A stretch of DNA of 47,577 nt from positions 1 to 47,577 of the forward strand of contig CAZMHS010000006.1 of NCBI GenBank assembly GCA_964566185.1, read 5' to 3'. The stretch is from an uncultured Alphaproteobacteria bacterium. GTDB lineage: Bacteria > Pseudomonadota > Alphaproteobacteria > UBA3830 > CAYLKK01. Positions 18,857 to 29,181 of this stretch are shown here, piece by piece (within the stretch, counting starts at the first letter, position 1; each line of letters opens with the position of its first letter). A program made the translations under genes and the position numbers. The notes beneath the pieces are model-generated. The model was not told where the DNA came from. It did not search any database and was given only the letters and a program-made list of their open reading frames with translations.

Positions 18857-20209
18857 ATGATGCCAGCCTCAGAAGTTAGCTACAAATTAGATGATATCAT
18901 GAAGATTACGGTTCCGTTGGTTTTCGCGTCGTTTTCTTCAATGTTAATGATGTCAATCGATCGTTTTGTCGTCGGTTCTTATTCAATTCATGCAATGAAT
19001 GCCGTATCAATGGTCGGGTCTTATTTAGCCATTCCTACATTGTTTTTTGGTGCTATAGCGTCTATCGTTACTGTCTTCATAGGACAGTATCATGGGGCTG
19101 AGGAATACAAAAAAATAGGAGGTGCTATATGGCAGATGATATATTTTTCAATAGCTATTTCAATAATTTGTATTCCTTGTGGAATATATTCTGAATATTT
19201 TTGCTTTTTACCTGATGCTTATCGGGACGATGGATTAACATACCAATCAATATTAACTGCATTTTTATGCTTCCCAACAATGTTTAACGCTCTATCTGGC
19301 TTTTTTATTGGGCGTGGAAAAACTGGTGTTGTAACGACTGTTGTTTTCATTTCTAATATAGTAAACTTACTGTTAGATATTGTGCTAGTTTGTGGTGTCG
19401 ATGGAGTTATCAGACCATATGGTTCTGTCGGCGCTGCGATTGCAACTGTTATTTCTTTGTTTATTGGTAACGTTATATTATTTGTTAAATTTTTATCACG
19501 AAATAATAGAGAAAAATACTGCACGCTTAATTTCGCATTTAATGCTGCTATCTTAAAAGGGTGTATGAAAATTGGTTTACCTGCATCTTTTGAACGCGTA
19601 TTCAGTTTGTTGGCTTGGGCTGTTATTTTTATCTTGCTTGGTAATGTTTCTGAAGATTTAGCAACATTGGAAAGCGTTACGGTTAGTGTATATTTGGTAT
19701 TATGTTGTTATACTGAAGGTCTTAATAAAGGTGCTGCTGCAATTGTTTCAAATTTGATAGGAGATCATCGACTGTCTGAAATAGGATACATATTTAGGAC
19801 ATATATGAAAATTAATTTCTGTTTTTGTGCTTTGATATCGATTCCTCTTGTTTTTAAACAAGAATGGCTATTTGCCATTCTTTATAAGATGAATATAAAT
19901 GTAATGCATTTAGAAACAGAGTTTCGGATGGTTTTTTACTTACTATTTTTTTGTATTATGTTTGATGGAGTGTTTTGGGTTATATTAGGCATTTTGGCCG
20001 CCGGTGGAGATACTATCTGGCCTGCTATAGTAAATACAGCGTTAGTATGGATTATAGTAACTGTGCCGGCATATGTAATGTACACGACAAGAACATTAAA
20101 CTCTGTAATTGAGATTAATACACTTTCTGCAATAGCATCGCTTGTAACAGCCGTACTATTTTTCTTTAGATACAAGAAAATGCGTTGGATTCGCTGCGTA
20201 ATAAACTAG
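18857..20209 (+). CDS. MATE family efflux transporter
   Basis: 450 aa, ~12 TM; IDRFVVG, GQYHGA, NLLLD, GSVGAAIAT, IGLP, GDT..P. Confidence 0.9.
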   Translation: MMPASEVSYKLDDIMKITVPLVFASFSSMLMMSIDRFVVGSYSIHAMNAVSMVGSYLAIPTLFFGAIASIVTVFIGQYHGAEEYKKIGGAIWQMIYFSIAISIICIPCGIYSEYFCFLPDAYRDDGLTYQSILTAFLCFPTMFNALSGFFIGRGKTGVVTTVVFISNIVNLLLDIVLVCGVDGVIRPYGSVGAAIATVISLFIGNVILFVKFLSRNNREKYCTLNFAFNAAILKGCMKIGLPASFERVFSLLAWAVIFILLGNVSEDLATLESVTVSVYLVLCCYTEGLNKGAAAIVSNLIGDHRLSEIGYIFRTYMKINFCFCALISIPLVFKQEWLFAILYKMNINVMHLETEFRMVFYLLFFCIMFDGVFWVILGILAAGGDTIWPAIVNTALVWIIVTVPAYVMYTTRTLNSVIEINTLSAIASLVTAVLFFFRYKKMRWIRCVIN

Positions 20210-20628
20210 TATGCGCCTCGTATCATTCTTAGTCGTCTTACGTGTCGTTCTTCTCCTGAAAACGGCGTATTAATAAATACGTTGATAATCGATGTTGCTC
20301 TTTCTATGCTCAACAATCGCGCACCTAGTGTAAGTATATTTGCGTCGTTGTGTTGGCGTGCAAGTATAGCCATGTTTGGTGTTAGACAGTTTACGGCTCT
20401 AATTCCATTGTGTTTATTTGCGGCAATAGTCATTCCTGAGCCGGTTCCGCATATCAATATACCTAAATTACTAGCGTCTTCTTTTACCTTTGTACATACA
20501 AAGTTTGCATATACAGGATAATCACACGCCTCTTGAAACTGTGGATGAACATCTTCAAAATTACTGAAAATCTCTTTTATTCTTTTCTTCATTTCAAAGC
20601 CAGCATGATCAGATCCTATATAAATCAT
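20206..20628 (-). CDS. rpiB: ribose-5-phosphate isomerase B
   Basis: GSDHAG, DYP, ICGTGSG, ANK, HNDAN, RHVRR. Confidence 0.95.
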   Translation of the reverse strand: MIYIGSDHAGFEMKKRIKEIFSNFEDVHPQFQEACDYPVYANFVCTKVKEDASNLGILICGTGSGMTIAANKHNGIRAVNCLTPNMAILARQHNDANILTLGARLLSIERATSIINVFINTPFSGEERHVRRLRMIRGAY

Positions 20629-20629
20629 G

Positions 20630-22768
20630 TTAATTATTCATCAGCTTATCCCACCATCCTTTTTTAGTTTTTTTCGGTGGAGTTAGAATAGATAGATCTT
20701 TGTTCGACGTAAGCGCGTCGATGTCTATTTCTTTGCTATTTTTTTCTATTTCTTCTCGCACAAATATAGCTTTCTGCATCAAGTCTGAATAATTTTTTTC
20801 TATCAGCCCTTTGTTATCCATTACAGACAATCCTGTAATAGAGCTCGTGTTGAATAAATCTTCATGTGGCTTAATTTTTGAGTTCGGTTTATCATCACCT
20901 TGTGCCAAACAATCTGCCTTTTCATATGGTACATTGTCTGCTTTGTCCGCAGTACATTGTTGAGTTACTTCTACTTGTTCTACTTCTTGAATAGCATCAT
21001 CTTGTACGTTACTAATACTTCTTCTAGTTTTTCTTCTAGCTTGCTGTTGCTTATTGTCTTTATTATAATTCTTTCTTTCGCGTCTCTTTTGTCTGTCGAT
21101 TTCATGCTCATTACGAACGTTATGTTCTTCTTGCTCTGCATCACTATCTTCAATATTTGGTTTTTTCTGTTGAGTTATTGATAAATTAAATGCAGATACC
21201 GATAATGAGTTATCTATTGCCAGTTTTACTTTGCAGTTTTTTTCTCTTTCTACGTTAGATAAGTATTCTTTCTTTTCGTTTATGAAAAATAAAGCTGTTT
21301 CTTGTGACATTGAAATCGTGATCTCTTTTATGTTTGGTGCTGTCAACGTTTCGTCTATTTTTCGTAAAACTTGGACGAAGATAGAATCCTGCGACCAAAT
21401 TGTACCTTCGCCATTACAATGAGGACATTGTACCCTATGCATTTCAATTAGATTCGGATGTATTCTTTGCCTAGAGATTTCAAGTAAGCCAAACATGCTT
21501 ATCCTACTCACTTGAACCTTTGCTCTATCATCAGCAAATTCGTCTTTTATTGTTTTCTCTACTAGGAAGTTGTTTTTTTCTTCCATATCGATAAAATCGA
21601 CGACGATTACACCACCTAAATCTCTAAGCTTGCATTGTCTCGCAACTTCAGTTGCTGCCTCTAAATTAGTTCTTAAGGCTGTTGCACTTATAGTTCTGTC
21701 TTTTGTCGATTTTCCCGAATTTACGTCGATTGAAACCATGGCTTCAGTAGGTGTAATAACGAGGTATCCACCAGACGGTAAATTAACCTTTGTTGAGTAC
21801 ATCGATTTTATTTTGTCATCTAACCCATATTTGCTAAATAACGTTGTCGTAGGATCTGTATGCTGTTTTATCTTCTTAACGTGAGTAGGAAGCATCTTTT
21901 TCATGACATTTTTTGCTGTTTTGTAACCTTCCTCTCCATCGACAATTATCTCATCGATATCTTTTGAGTACAAATCTCGTATAGTTCTCTTAATGATATT
22001 CGCTTCTTCATGTATCAATGATGGAGCTTGAGATGATAATGTCGTAGAACGAATTTCGTCCCATATCTTTAAAACATATTCGAAATCTTTTTTTATTTCT
22101 TGTTTTGTATGATTAACACCTGCAGTACGTATTACTACACACATCCCATGCGGCACATCTAAAGATGCGAGGATTTGTTTCATCTTTTTTCTTTCGTTTG
22201 GCGCCGATATTTTCTTTGAAATTCCACAAGGACGATCGGTATTCGGCATTAATACGCAATACCTACCTGCTAACGACACAAACGTAGTTAATGCTGCTCC
22301 TTTGTTACCGCGCTCTTCTTTCTGTACCTGGACAAGCATTACTTGCCGCTTTTTTATAACTTCTTGTATCTTATATTTCTTATAAAATAAGTTTTTTGCT
22401 TTTGGTAATTGTAATTCATCAACAATAGTATCTTCATCTTGTAATTCTATATCATTATCGTTGGATGTCTGCTGTTCCACGTCATTCGCTTCTAGTGCAC
22501 CAATTGCTTCCCTATCATTTATTGGTATCTGATAATAATCGTGGTGTATCTCACTAAAGCCTAAGAAACCATGTCGTCCTCCACCGTAATCGACAAATGC
22601 TGCTTGCAACGATGGTTCGACTCGTATTACTTTAGCTAAATATATATTTCCGCGGATCTGAGTTTTTGATGTAATTTCAAAGTCAAATCTCTCAAGTTTA
22701 TCTTCGTCTGCTAATGCAACTCGAATTTCCTCTTTATGTGCTGTATCAATAAATAAACGTTTACTCAT
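20630..22768 (-). CDS. rne: ribonuclease E
   Basis: GNIYLAKV..PSLQAAFVDYG S1 domain, IDVNSG, DFIDM, CPHC Zn link, charged disordered C-terminus ending GWW. Confidence 0.96.
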   Translation of the reverse strand: MSKRLFIDTAHKEEIRVALADEDKLERFDFEITSKTQIRGNIYLAKVIRVEPSLQAAFVDYGGGRHGFLGFSEIHHDYYQIPINDREAIGALEANDVEQQTSNDNDIELQDEDTIVDELQLPKAKNLFYKKYKIQEVIKKRQVMLVQVQKEERGNKGAALTTFVSLAGRYCVLMPNTDRPCGISKKISAPNERKKMKQILASLDVPHGMCVVIRTAGVNHTKQEIKKDFEYVLKIWDEIRSTTLSSQAPSLIHEEANIIKRTIRDLYSKDIDEIIVDGEEGYKTAKNVMKKMLPTHVKKIKQHTDPTTTLFSKYGLDDKIKSMYSTKVNLPSGGYLVITPTEAMVSIDVNSGKSTKDRTISATALRTNLEAATEVARQCKLRDLGGVIVVDFIDMEEKNNFLVEKTIKDEFADDRAKVQVSRISMFGLLEISRQRIHPNLIEMHRVQCPHCNGEGTIWSQDSIFVQVLRKIDETLTAPNIKEITISMSQETALFFINEKKEYLSNVEREKNCKVKLAIDNSLSVSAFNLSITQQKKPNIEDSDAEQEEHNVRNEHEIDRQKRRERKNYNKDNKQQQARRKTRRSISNVQDDAIQEVEQVEVTQQCTADKADNVPYEKADCLAQGDDKPNSKIKPHEDLFNTSSITGLSVMDNKGLIEKNYSDLMQKAIFVREEIEKNSKEIDIDALTSNKDLSILTPPKKTKKGWWDKLMNN

Positions 22769-22932
22769 AAAACTTCTCTACAAAACTCATATATAACAGT
22801 GCTTTCAAATACGACTGTTCAATAATACTTTTGGATGTACGAAATTATATTCATGTTCCATAGTGCGAATTTTATGTTATTATTACGATCATGTAAACTA
22901 TTTTATACCGTTGTAATGACTACGTAGCAGAT

Positions 22933-23916
22933 ATGGGAAGAATTTTAGGCGTTATTATTATCAGTTTTTGCATTACTATTTCTCAGCAATTATCTGCAAT
23001 AGCTTTAAAGACGTACATAGCTTCTAATGAAAAGAACACAATGTTTGGTGTTTTATTTCCAAAAGGAGTGATAAAAAAATATAAGTCTTGTAATGTCGGC
23101 AACAGCTACATTGCTGTTTTCCAGCTTCAGTGTGATAGTAAAGTAAATATTACATGCGCTTCAAATGTAAAGAGTAAGTTTATAACATGTTACAAAATTA
23201 CAAAACATGGTGAGTTTTTCGTACTAAATGTGCAGTTTGCAAAAAATGTAAAATATCAATCTTCTAGGTGTTCTGCTTCATCTATCAACATATGCGTACG
23301 AGATAGTTGTGGTAAACACGTTGTAGTCATAGACCCTGGACATGGTGGAATGGATCCAGGTACAACGACGCCTTATGTAAAAGAAAAAAATATTACATTG
23401 AAAATCGCAAAAATACTGAAGGTTACTCTTGAAAAGACTAATAGGTACACGGTGTACCTTACTAGAGATAACGATACTTTTGCTAGTTCAAGTGATAGAT
23501 TACGCGTTATCGAAAAAACATCACCTGACGTTTTCATTTCACTACACGCCGATAGTATTAACGATAGGCGCGTTCGTGGAATGGTTGTTTACACATATCC
23601 AAAACATGGTAGGTCTGATAATGAATCAGATATGAATGAAGTCAGTTCTTACTTGTTTTCTAAATCTTCATATTATGCATCGAGGAATTTAGCGAATAAA
23701 TTCTTGCGATATATTCCACAAATTTGTAAAATCCACAAAAATACGATGCGTGTGTCGAAGATTCGAGTTTTGAGAAATATGATTCCTTCTATTTTAGTCG
23801 AGTTGGGATACGTTACTAACGTGAGGGATAGTGCGTTATTAAATAGTGATTTATTTAGAGAAAAATTTGCTCAATCTGTTGTATATGCTATTGATGACTT
23901 TTTAGGTAAAAAATAA
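22933..23916 (+). CDS. amiC: N-acetylmuramoyl-L-alanine amidase (Amidase_3, AmiC-like)
   Basis: Signal peptide; IDPGHGG, EKNITL, SLHAD, LVELGY; conserved position between rne and PBP1A. Confidence 0.9.
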   Translation: MGRILGVIIISFCITISQQLSAIALKTYIASNEKNTMFGVLFPKGVIKKYKSCNVGNSYIAVFQLQCDSKVNITCASNVKSKFITCYKITKHGEFFVLNVQFAKNVKYQSSRCSASSINICVRDSCGKHVVVIDPGHGGMDPGTTTPYVKEKNITLKIAKILKVTLEKTNRYTVYLTRDNDTFASSSDRLRVIEKTSPDVFISLHADSINDRRVRGMVVYTYPKHGRSDNESDMNEVSSYLFSKSSYYASRNLANKFLRYIPQICKIHKNTMRVSKIRVLRNMIPSILVELGYVTNVRDSALLNSDLFREKFAQSVVYAIDDFLGKK

Positions 23917-23917
23917 G

Positions 23918-26296
23918 ATGCTATTTTTAATTCGTTGGATTCTTCGTTCATGCTTTGCACTTATTGCATTGTGCGTATTATGTTTTTTATGTACATTTGG
24001 CGGATTATATTATTTCGGTCGTGGATTGCCAGATCATCACGCTTTAGAGAAATATAATCCAAGTGTATCTAGCACTGTATTTTTGCAAGATGGAAGTCTG
24101 TTAAAAGAATTTGCATTAGAAAAACGATCATTCCTTGACATCGCGCATATTCCTGACATGTTAAAAAACGCATTTTTAGCAGCGGAAGATAAGAATTTTT
24201 ATCAGCACATTGGTGTAGATCCGTTAGGAATAATACGTTCTCTTTTTAATAATTTTGTTAACATTGGAACATCAAAACGTCCTCAAGGTGCATCTACGAT
24301 AACTCAGCAAATTGCAAGGATTTTTTTAATTGGAAATAATGACGTTAAGTACGAAAGGAAAATAAAAGAAGCCATATTAGCTTTTAGAATAGAAAATACA
24401 CTATCAAAACAAAAGATTTTAGAATTGTATTTAAATCAAATATATTTGGGGGCTGGTTCGTACGGTGTTGTATCTGCGGCTCATTGCTATTTTGGTAAAT
24501 CGGTGAATGATCTTTCAATAGAGGAGTGCGCTACGTTAGCCGCACTAGCAAAGGGAGCGTCGCATTATAGTCCTGTATTGCATCCAGACAGGGCTATTTC
24601 TAGACGTAATTGGGTGTTAAAGAGAATGCTTGACGCTTCATTTATTAATCGTGATGAGTACGAGCTAGCTGTAAAAAGTGAGTTAGGACTTTGTATAGCA
24701 CAATCTGATAATAGGGCAGATTACTACGCAGAAGAAGTGCGGAAAGAAGTTATTAGCAAGTGTAATATCGGAAGTATCAACAAAGATGGTCTTGTTATTA
24801 GAGTCCCATTGAATATTAATTTGCAAAAGGCTGCAGAACAAGCTTTGAAGGAAGGCTTAGAACAAATAGATCGATCTTATGGTTGGCGTGGGCCAATAGG
24901 ATATATAACATCATTAGATAAAAACAAAATGATTACAGAATTAAAAAAAGTGCATCGTCCTGTTGGTGGGGAAGGTTTTGATCTAGCTGTTTTGGTAAAA
25001 GATAAGAATAAGATTTCTGCATTGTTAGATGATGGAAAAGTATATGGCGTATCAGAGCGAGATATTTCTTGGATCTCGAGTAAAAAACCAGTAAGTATCG
25101 GGTGGGTCGTTTTGTGCAAAAAGGTTAGCAAAAATTTGATTTCTATAAAACAAATACCAGAAGTTCAAGGCGCAATCGTCGCAATGTGTCCTCATACAGG
25201 ACGAGTGTTAGCGATGCATGGTGGATATAGTTATGCTATAAGTAAGTTTAATCGTGTTACTCAAGCTTATAGGCAGCCTGGTTCTGTGTTTAAGCCTATA
25301 GTATATCTTACAGCGCTAAATTCAGGTTATTCTCCTGCGTCTGTAATCGATGGATCTCCAATTTCGATTCAGGTTGGGAATTCTTTATGGGAACCGCACA
25401 ATTATAACGATGAAATCGTCGGGCGTGTTACGTTAAGAACAGGAATTGTTCGTTCACTTAATACGCCAACTGTTCGTTTAGCTCAAAACATAGGTATTTC
25501 GAATATATCATTAATGAGCGAGAAACTTGGAATATATGAGAGGGCTCCAAGATTATGGTCTATAGTTTTGGGTGCTGTAGAAACGTCACTACTGAGATTA
25601 GTCAATGCGTATAGTATAATAGCGAATGGTGGGAAAAGGGTTTCTCCTGTTTTGATAGATCAGATACAGGACAAAACGGGAAAAACGATATATAGAGGAA
25701 ACGTTATTGATACGAGATATATCGATATGATAGGTTACGAATCCGAATATCCTCCTGTATTTAATTTAGGAAATAAGCAAGTTCTCGATGAGAGGAGTAC
25801 TTATCAGTTGATATCTATGCTTATGGGATCAGTTCAAAGTGGGACGTCTAGGCGTGCGAATGTTTTGAATATTCCTTTAGCAGGAAAAACTGGCACTAGC
25901 AATGATAGTCGCGATAATTGGTTCATAGGATTTACTCCAAATTTAGTTGTAGGTGTTCTGGTGTGTTTCGATGATATGTCTCGTTCTTTAGGGAAAAAAG
26001 CTACTGGAGCAAGCAATGCTTTACCGATATTTGTTAATTTTATGAAACTTGCAAAGTTAAATGAAAAGAAAGTTCCTTTTAAGGTACCAGATGGTATCAC
26101 TTTTAAATATGTTAATAAGAATACAGGAAATAAGTGTAAAATGAATGATGAAAATGCGATTCTTGAAGCATTTAAAATAGAGGATCAGGTTGATGAAATT
26201 GTAATTTCCGCTCCGTCTGTTGTAAATAGTTTTGAGAATAGTACAATAAAGGAAATTACTGGTGAACATAGTAATCCACTGATTGAATTATATTGA
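23918..26296 (+). CDS. mrcA: penicillin-binding protein 1A
   Basis: TM anchor; GT motifs EDKNF, GASTITQQ, RKIKE, YLNQIY; TP motifs SVFK, SLN, KTG. Confidence 0.95.
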   Translation: MLFLIRWILRSCFALIALCVLCFLCTFGGLYYFGRGLPDHHALEKYNPSVSSTVFLQDGSLLKEFALEKRSFLDIAHIPDMLKNAFLAAEDKNFYQHIGVDPLGIIRSLFNNFVNIGTSKRPQGASTITQQIARIFLIGNNDVKYERKIKEAILAFRIENTLSKQKILELYLNQIYLGAGSYGVVSAAHCYFGKSVNDLSIEECATLAALAKGASHYSPVLHPDRAISRRNWVLKRMLDASFINRDEYELAVKSELGLCIAQSDNRADYYAEEVRKEVISKCNIGSINKDGLVIRVPLNINLQKAAEQALKEGLEQIDRSYGWRGPIGYITSLDKNKMITELKKVHRPVGGEGFDLAVLVKDKNKISALLDDGKVYGVSERDISWISSKKPVSIGWVVLCKKVSKNLISIKQIPEVQGAIVAMCPHTGRVLAMHGGYSYAISKFNRVTQAYRQPGSVFKPIVYLTALNSGYSPASVIDGSPISIQVGNSLWEPHNYNDEIVGRVTLRTGIVRSLNTPTVRLAQNIGISNISLMSEKLGIYERAPRLWSIVLGAVETSLLRLVNAYSIIANGGKRVSPVLIDQIQDKTGKTIYRGNVIDTRYIDMIGYESEYPPVFNLGNKQVLDERSTYQLISMLMGSVQSGTSRRANVLNIPLAGKTGTSNDSRDNWFIGFTPNLVVGVLVCFDDMSRSLGKKATGASNALPIFVNFMKLAKLNEKKVPFKVPDGITFKYVNKNTGNKCKMNDENAILEAFKIEDQVDEIVISAPSVVNSFENSTIKEITGEHSNPLIELY

Positions 26297-26307
26297 GGAG
26301 AAGATAA

Positions 26308-27403
26308 ATGAAAGAAGAAATATCAAAAATTGTAGAATCTATTAAGGAATCGTCAGACATTTTACGGAGGTTTCTTTGACATAGATTCTCTTAAAAAAAA
26401 ATTATTTGAACTCGATGAATGTGTGAAAAATGAAGATATATGGGCTAATCAAAGCAAAGCGGCGATGGTTATGCGGGAGCGCGCTAACATTGACGCTGAA
26501 ATTACTAGGTTTAACAGTATAGGACGTGAATTAGATGATTGTCTCGTATTGCTAGAGCTTGGAGAAACGGAAAATGATAAGGAGATAGTTGCTGAAGCTG
26601 AAAACGCAATAACGGCATTAAATGTTCGAGTGAATAAATATAGAATTGAGTGTTTGTTATCAGGCGAAGCCGATAAAAACGACGCATATCTAGAAGTACA
26701 CGCAGGAGCTGGTGGAACTGAAGCTCAAGATTGGGCTGAAATGTTAATAAGGATGTATTCCCGCTGGGCTGAAATGCATAAGTATAGTGTTGAATTATTG
26801 GAAGAAACAGCTGGTGAGGAAGCTGGAGTTAAATCTGCGACAATAAAAATATCTGGCCTTAGAGCGTATGGATGGCTTAAAGCGGAATCAGGTGTGCATC
26901 GGTTAGTAAGAATTTCACCATTTGATTCTAATGCTCGAAGGCATACGAGTTTTGCTTCTGTGTGGGTTTATCCTGTTATTGATGATCAAATTAATATTGA
27001 TATCAAAGAGGCAGATTTAAGGATCGATACATTCAGAGCGTCAGGTGCTGGCGGACAACATGTAAATAAAACAGAAAGCGCTATTCGTATTACACATATC
27101 CCTACTGGAATCGTTGTATCGAGCCAGGTAGATCGCTCTCAACATAGAAATAGAGCTATAGCATATGATATGCTTCGTGCACGCTTATATGAGCTAGAAT
27201 TACGAAAACGCGAAAACGAAAAAGCATCTCTAGAAGCATCTAAAAGTGAAATAGGTTGGGGCAATCAGATTCGTTCTTATGTGTTGCAACCATATCAAAT
27301 GGTCAAAGATCTACGGACTGGTTATGAAATCGGAAATGCTCAATCTGTTTTGGATGGTAATATTGATGGATTTCTTGAGACGTCTGTTGCGAATAAGTTA
27401 TGA
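26308..27403 (+). CDS. prfB: peptide chain release factor 2 with programmed +1 frameshift
   Basis: ATG 26308 (SD GAGGAG), 23 codons to CTT-TGA-C at 26374-26380, then +1 frame joins the 26423 ORF; SPF and GGQ motifs. Confidence 0.97.
26366..26380 (+). promoter_or_regulatory. RF2 autoregulatory frameshift site
   Basis: GGAGG-TTT-CTT-TGA-C: internal SD 3 nt before the slippery codon. Confidence 0.95.
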
Positions 27404-27843
27404 ACGAGTGGGAACAGTTTTTAAGTTTAACAAAAAAGCTTGAGCGTAAAAATAAAAAAATTATTTTTAGAAAACGTGTTCGTCAAATTATTCAGGATGA
27501 TGCAGAAATTATATCTGAATATAGTGAAAAACCGCATATTGTTGATCAATTTAGCAAAAATGAAAAACGTAATTTTATTGCTGAAGCGACATTAGATTTG
27601 CATGGATATACATCTAAAGAAGCAACTATCGAGATACTTGAGTTCTTAAATAAGTCATACAAATATAATAAAAGGAATTTAGCTGTTATTACTGGAGGTA
27701 ACTTGAGTGACAGTAAGGTTTTACGAAAGATGTTTATGTCAATGTGCAAACACGAACTTTCTCATTTCATATCAAAAATATCGTGTCCTACGCAAAATAC
27801 TGGTATGTTTTTAATAAAATTGAGAAAACAGCGAAAACAATAA
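27400..27843 (+). CDS. Smr/MutS2-domain protein
   Basis: ATLDLHGYT..A, VITGG, terminal G..IKL; overlaps the prfB stop by 4 nt. Confidence 0.88.
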   Translation: MNEWEQFLSLTKKLERKNKKIIFRKRVRQIIQDDAEIISEYSEKPHIVDQFSKNEKRNFIAEATLDLHGYTSKEATIEILEFLNKSYKYNKRNLAVITGGNLSDSKVLRKMFMSMCKHELSHFISKISCPTQNTGMFLIKLRKQRKQ

Positions 27844-27873
27844 AGTCATATTTGTAATATGGTCAGTATACCA

Positions 27874-29139
27874 TTATATTTTTGTATATTTTGGAATGGT
27901 TAGTACGAATTCTGCGTACTGTCCTACTTGAGAATTTACGCGTACTGTTCCATTGTGAATTCGAACTATTGCTTCACTAACAGCTGTTAAACCAAGCCCA
28001 ATATGCGTATTTGTTTGATCAGTTGTGAAGAATGGTTCAAAAATTTTTTTCGTTATTCCTATGTCTACTCCGTTTCCGTTATCATAAACGCCAATTTCTA
28101 CATATTCAGGGTAATTCTTTGTACTTATCTTGATCGTTTTTTCAAAATTATCGCCTTTTTGTTGCAAGGAACACAGTGAGTTTTCCATCAAGTTATACAA
28201 TGCCTTGCCTATGGCTTCTACGGCTAGAGGTAAACTTTTTGGGATTTTATTGTCTAATTTTAGTTTGATCTTTGCAGTTAGCGTTTTAGAAGAACTTTTA
28301 TAATCAGCAATTAGTGTTTTTACTATTTCAGTAATAATAGAATTTAAATTAGCGTTATAAATTGTAGCGTCTGACGTAGAAGATTGATCTATCAAAAATT
28401 TTAATGTTTTATCTATTTTTTTTAAATTATCTGATATTTTTGATACATTATCTCCTAATAAACGTATGTTATCAATACTGTCATCTGTGTTTTTACTCTG
28501 GATTTTATTGCTGATATCTAAAAAAAGTTCGTTACTAATATCCGATAGATTAATTGCCAAATTTAGTGGTCCTTGTAACTCCTGAAATAATGTTTTCGAT
28601 ATATGCGTTAACGAATTCATTCGTTCTGTTTCAATGCTTTGGCGGTTTTTCTCTTGAAGTTCTAGCATTCTCGCGACTGTTAAGTCGTGCGCGCGTTTTT
28701 TGGCGACAGCGTTCATCAGCCTAGCTCTTAGAACAGACTGATTAAAAGGCTTTAGAAGATATTCTTCAGCTCCATGTTCTATACACATTGTGATACGGCT
28801 TGCATCGCGTGTACTAGATGTGATAATAATAGGGATATTTGCATATTCTTCTGTATTTTTTAGCATATCTAAAAATTCGAGCCCTTTTGACTCTTCTATT
28901 TCAAACAACAAGCATATAACGTCTATATCATTTGATTTTAATACTTCTGTCGCGTCTTCTAGTGTTGATGTTGTAAATGCATTCCACCCGTAACTAACAA
29001 GCCTATTTTTTAAAATCCTAACATCATCTTCTGAATCATCTATAACCAAAATATTTGCATTGTACTTTTCTTTTCGAGTTACTCCTATTATACGATTTTC
29101 TTGTTCCATACAAATGCTCAAAAATATGCAGCCATACAA
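27874..29139 (-). CDS. receiver-histidine kinase hybrid with degenerate phosphoacceptors (start may be 29109)
   Basis: REC: ILVIDD, GAEEYLLKPF; HATPase: NLMEN, DNGNG, IFEPFFTT, GLGL; H-box reads FQELQGPL and the phospho-Asp position reads DVICLL. Confidence 0.85.
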   Translation of the reverse strand: MYGCIFLSICMEQENRIIGVTRKEKYNANILVIDDSEDDVRILKNRLVSYGWNAFTTSTLEDATEVLKSNDIDVICLLFEIEESKGLEFLDMLKNTEEYANIPIIITSSTRDASRITMCIEHGAEEYLLKPFNQSVLRARLMNAVAKKRAHDLTVARMLELQEKNRQSIETERMNSLTHISKTLFQELQGPLNLAINLSDISNELFLDISNKIQSKNTDDSIDNIRLLGDNVSKISDNLKKIDKTLKFLIDQSSTSDATIYNANLNSIITEIVKTLIADYKSSSKTLTAKIKLKLDNKIPKSLPLAVEAIGKALYNLMENSLCSLQQKGDNFEKTIKISTKNYPEYVEIGVYDNGNGVDIGITKKIFEPFFTTDQTNTHIGLGLTAVSEAIVRIHNGTVRVNSQVGQYAEFVLTIPKYTKI

Positions 29140-29181
29140 GATGATTATAGTGTATAATACTAAAGTTTTAGTTAAGAAATT

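Noticed and set aside
26308-26422. prfB as a pseudogene or sequencing error
   Set aside because: The in-frame TGA lies in the canonical SD-CTT-TGA-C programmed frameshift.
27874-29139. Naming the hybrid DivL, CckA or PleD
   Set aside because: The N-terminal REC plus HisKA/HATPase order, with no PAS, TM or GGDEF domain, matches none of them.
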